Shown here: piece after piece, positions 22,958 to 24,000 of the stretch
Layout: each line of letters starts with the position of its first letter
How positions within the stretch are numbered: the stretch's first letter is position 1
Source of the DNA: Clostridium sp. B9
Lineage (GTDB): Bacteria; Bacillota; Clostridia; Clostridiales; Clostridiaceae
Length of the DNA: 24,000 bases
Assembly (NCBI RefSeq): GCF_050509515.1
Contig: NZ_JBNWKA010000003.1
Location: 3,742,025-3,766,024, forward strand
Direction of reading: 5' to 3'
The notes under the pieces: model-generated
Database searches by the model: none
Told to the model about the DNA's origin: nothing
Seen by the model: the letters and a program-made list of their open reading frames with translations, nothing else
Translations under genes and position numbers: made by a program

Positions 22958-24000
22958 TTATATCTTTTTATTTTTTAATCTATTAAATTCATCTATTGCT
23001 AGCTTCCTATCTAGCTTATCGAATAGAAATTCCACATTCTTAACTTTTATATTCTTTTCTTCATCAAAACACCACTTAGTCTCTTTCAACTCCAAAAATC
23101 TCCTTATCTTATCACAAGTAAAAGGTATTATTGGATTCATTAAGTCAGAAACTGCTATAACAATTTGAGAACATATATAAATAATTTCCTTACATTTTTC
23201 TGAATTGCTATTTATTAATACCCAAGGCTTATTCCTGTCGAAAAGGTCATTCCCTTGTTTTATAAGAGAAAAAACTTCACTTATTCCACTTCTAAATTCT
23301 CCATTTTCAAACTTATTTCCAATAGAAGCATAAGCTCTTCTAATTAAGTTTTTCCATTGAAGAGGCAATGCATATCCAGTAATATTGCCATTAAAATGCT
23401 TCTTTATAAATACTAATATTCTATTTATAAAGTTTCCAAACTCCCCCAAAAGCTCATTATTATTAGCATTTATAAAATCTCTCCATGTAAAGTCTGAATT
23501 CTTAATTTCAGCCCCTCTACTTATCAAATAATATCTAATGGAATCTATATTATATCTCTCAATAATATAAGGAACCCAAATTGCCCAATTTCTATTAGTT
23601 GAAAATGTCTTTCCTTCTAATGTTAAATACTGAGAGGAAACTATTCTTATATTACATTTATCTATTCCAATACCAGCCAACATCGCAGGAAACATCGTTG
23701 TATGGAAAGGTATATTCTCTTTACCATGAACTAAGTAAACTCTACTATTTTCCTCATTCCAATAGCTATATAAGTCTTCATTTCTTTCCTCTATAAATTT
23801 CTTGGATGATGTTACATATGCTAAAAGAGCATCTATCCAAACATAGACTCGCTTATCATTAAATCCTTCTATAGGAACTTCAATTCCCCAATCTATTTCT
23901 CTAGTTAAAATCTTATCTCTTAATCCACCCTCTAAGTATCTTTCAGTTATTTTAAGAGCATTATCTCTCCATCCCTGTTCCTCATCAACAATCTTTTGAA
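22958..24000 (-). CDS. metG: Methionine--tRNA ligase, C-terminal portion (partial; continues past the right edge)
   Basis: The ORF track starts at an internal Met (23695). Manual translation of the same frame stays open to 24000 and reads ...RDKILTREIDWGIEVP...KRVYVWIDALLAYVTSS...YLVHGKENIPFHTTMFPAMLAGIG..., the canonical MetRS catalytic-core blocks. The anticodon-binding domain with the KPW motif follows. Confidence 0.88.
   Translation of the reverse strand, partial: QKIVDEEQGWRDNALKITERYLEGGLRDKILTREIDWGIEVPIEGFNDKRVYVWIDALLAYVTSSKKFIEERNEDLYSYWNEENSRVYLVHGKENIPFHTTMFPAMLAGIGIDKCNIRIVSSQYLTLEGKTFSTNRNWAIWVPYIIERYNIDSIRYYLISRGAEIKNSDFTWRDFINANNNELLGEFGNFINRILVFIKKHFNGNITGYALPLQWKNLIRRAYASIGNKFENGEFRSGISEVFSLIKQGNDLFDRNKPWVLINSNSEKCKEIIYICSQIVIAVSDLMNPIIPFTCDKIRRFLELKETKWCFDEEKNIKVKNVEFLFDKLDRKLAIDEFNRLKNKKI

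Noticed and set aside
2215-23796. Fifteen short ORFs (60 to 105 aa) in the six-frame track lie antisense to or overlapping larger genes. Examples: 2215..2397, 4047..4241, 4323..4508, 7250..7438, 8193..8387, 9344..9553, 9543..9827, 10742..11005, 11017..11274, 13170..13361, 13947..14144, 18165..18356, 23599..23796.
   Set aside because: Each lies almost entirely inside a well-supported gene on the opposite strand or spans intergenic terminators. None has a Shine-Dalgarno sequence. Their Ser/Leu/Ile/Phe-rich low-complexity compositions are what you get from reading AT-rich genes in the wrong frame.
1-24000. CRISPR arrays, tRNA or rRNA genes, prophage or integrase modules, restriction-modification systems, toxin-antitoxin pairs or other defence islands.
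   Set aside because: I found no repeat-spacer periodicity, no cloverleaf-like GC-rich segments, and no ORFs with nuclease, methylase, integrase or toxin signatures. The window reads as conserved housekeeping chromosome with a single small IS.

Overview
This is a very AT-rich, low-GC Firmicute chromosome segment with Clostridium-type gene content, most consistent with Clostridium perfringens or a close relative (inference, not verified). Nearly all of it is core housekeeping DNA, mostly on the minus strand.

Gene content, left to right:
- A Re-citrate-synthase-like / aconitase / isocitrate dehydrogenase cluster, the oxidative TCA branch to 2-oxoglutarate.
- Adenosine deaminase (add) behind an adenine-class purine riboswitch whose expression platform is an intrinsic terminator.
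- Anaerobic ribonucleotide reductase nrdD with tandem NrdR-box-like palindromes.
- A plus-strand DUF3048 / DegV / PadR block.
- One IS200-group insertion (tnpA only, with an RBS-sequestering 5' UTR stem).
- A small ferredoxin and an Mrp/ApbC Fe-S carrier ATPase.
- An uncharacterised lipoprotein whose start overlaps the end of lgt, and two further uncharacterised proteins.
- The conserved Bacillus-like string ksgA(rsmA)-rnmV-yabE-tatD(yabD).
- A DUF445 membrane protein and a Crp/Fnr regulator.
- The 3' two-thirds of a MetRS gene that runs off the right edge.

I see no CRISPR array, rRNA or tRNA gene, prophage, or recognisable defence or toxin system, so I do not claim a novel multi-gene system. 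The observations most worth follow-up are:
- a 26-bp-phased array of consensus DnaA boxes next to the icd terminator;
- an orphan 435-aa tripartite protein with a K/E/D-rich linker in the genomic slot that holds yabG in Bacillus;
- a GC-rich long stem-loop in a convergent intergenic region;
- a MetRS with a non-canonical KMSKS-loop sequence and no C-terminal tRNA-binding domain.

Several ORF-track starts appear over-extended and are revised below from RBS positions.
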